From NCBI GenBank assembly GCA_030390025.1, contig JASTWF010000033.1, positions 5,520,001-5,584,000 of the forward strand: a DNA stretch of 64,000 bases, written 5' to 3'. This document shows, one piece after another, positions 62,641 to 64,000 of the stretch (the first letter of the stretch is position 1; every line of letters begins with the position of its first letter). The DNA is from Squalus acanthias. Taxonomy: Eukaryota. Both the position numbers and the translations under genes were made by a program. The notes below the pieces were generated by a model, which ran no database searches, was not told the origin of the DNA, and saw nothing but the letters and a program-made list of their open reading frames with translations.

Positions 62641-62955
62641 TCTATAAATGGGAATCAGAGAGCCTCTGTATGGGGACTGGTCATGGTGGTGAAATCAGCT
62701 CCAGTGAGGGTGAAAGGCGGGTAATGGATGAAGATATGATGTTGGAATCAGATGGTTACTGGTGGGGCCTGGTGACAGGTTATTGTCAGAAGCCCTTTAC
62801 AGGCAGGCCAAAGATTGGATGTAAGCAGCACAACACCTGGATCCGCCTGTTCTTGTCCCCAAGTCTAATGACCCTGATGTCTTTTTCTGTGTCAAATGTA
62901 GAGTTGTGAAAGAAGAGAGGAAATCAGGCTCGGGCCAGAAAGATGATTCCTTGAA
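62641..62955 (+). pseudogene. PHF23: PHF23/PHF13-family PHD fragment, copy 3
   Basis: SSSEGERRVMDEDMMLESDGYWWGLVTGYCQKPFTGRPKIGCKQHNTWI in ORF 62670-62909. Confidence 0.8.
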
Positions 62956-63436
62956 TGAACAATTCATGAGGCTGTTTTCTGACTCATCTGCGTGAGGTTA
63001 TAACACCATGAAATGAAAGAGAACATGTCGAGTGACACTGGCGTTGTCAATAGTGGTTTCTATCCCTAATCACCGTCTCATAAGCCTAACATCCTAACCC
63101 GAACCCCAGCCCCTAACCCCTAATGAAGGATTATTGACAGGGTTCAATGGAGGAGCTAAAGACCTGATGAAGGAAGTATTAGAAAAAATGATCTCAATTA
63201 AGAAATAGTGCAAGTTATGTTAATAACAAGAGATTGAATCAAAGAGACCATCAAAATCAGCAATGACAATTACAAAGATCAGAACATTTCAAAGGCGATC
63301 ACATGCAATATGTGTGAAGGAGTTTTTACTAAATTGGATCCAAAAAGGGTTAAATGATACAGAAAATAACGGATTGCAAATCTTATACAAGATCGTTCTT
63401 TTAAGGGTGGTTCAAAGGAATTTCAGATGAGTGTAC

Positions 63437-63735
63437 TCTTTTTAAGCAACCCATAAACAAATAAACTGTAACTTAACAAAAATACATTAAATTAAACTTA
63501 ATAAATTAAATAAAAATTTGGTTGCCGGGGGTGATGATGCACTTTAGTCCCTGCGGTGCCCACCGGTCGCAGACACCGCGTGCTCCATCTCCAGGGCCAC
63601 CCGGGCGCAAATGTGTCCGAACAACCCCCTCGACCGCCTGCTGCCTGGACCAGTTAATGGCCTTTTTGGCCAGGCCCAGGAGCAGTCCTATGAGGAGGTC
63701 CTCCGATCTGCCCGCTCCCCTCCGCACCGAGTGAG
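63437..63735 (-). mobile_element. Tx1/L1-clade LINE 3' fragment
   Basis: Peptide LLIGLLLGLAKKAINWSRQ..RWAPQG; 14-bp TSD TCAGATGAGTGTAC (63423-63436 and 63736-63749); empty site at 1331. Confidence 0.8.
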
Positions 63736-64000
63736 TCAGATGAGTGTACAGTGAGACACTGCAGTTCAGTCTCTGACACCCACAAGCCATGTACTCAAAC
63801 GGAACAAGCTTGGGGTTTGATGTGGTAGAGGATGAACGAGGTGAGAAGTGATATAAGTTAGAGTAAGAAAGGGCCCAAAAATAGAACAGTCTGTAACAAC
63901 ATCAATTCGTCTCCTCTTATCAACTATTCGACCGACTGTCAGTTTGAAACACAGCTGATGTATTCAATATTTATACAGAACATTAATCTCCAGCCCAGTT

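Overview
This is vertebrate genomic DNA, most likely from a cartilaginous fish. That assignment is inferred from an HE1/V-SINE-type SINE whose tail matches CR1, dense CR1 LINEs and the style of the C2H2 genes. The window is a cluster of tandem C2H2 zinc-finger (ZNF) genes with no KRAB domain recognisable in the sequence. It is built from a modular duplicated block copied in direct and inverted orientation. Three ZNF lineages are present. Lineage a has one intact 11-finger gene (46074-47027, -), an intact 3-finger collapsed paralog, and an 11-finger paralog with a nonsense codon. Lineages b and c are pseudogenes. The block also carries YY1/NRF1/GC-box promoters, a PHF23/PHF13-like PHD-finger pseudogene fragment (3 copies) and several minisatellites (two different 27-bp units, plus 30, 63, 67 and 106 bp), one expanded to about 7.5 kb. 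Positions 4.1-19.3 kb are a nest of CR1 LINEs. It contains a complete 4.2-kb PIF/Harbinger DNA transposon (transposase with two nonsense codons, apparently intact 3-exon Myb/SANT gene) and a related 0.9-kb non-autonomous element. Paralogous empty sites resolve several insertions and their target-site duplications (TSDs), including an unidentified 1.66-kb retrocopy. No rRNA, true tRNA or CRISPR features were seen.
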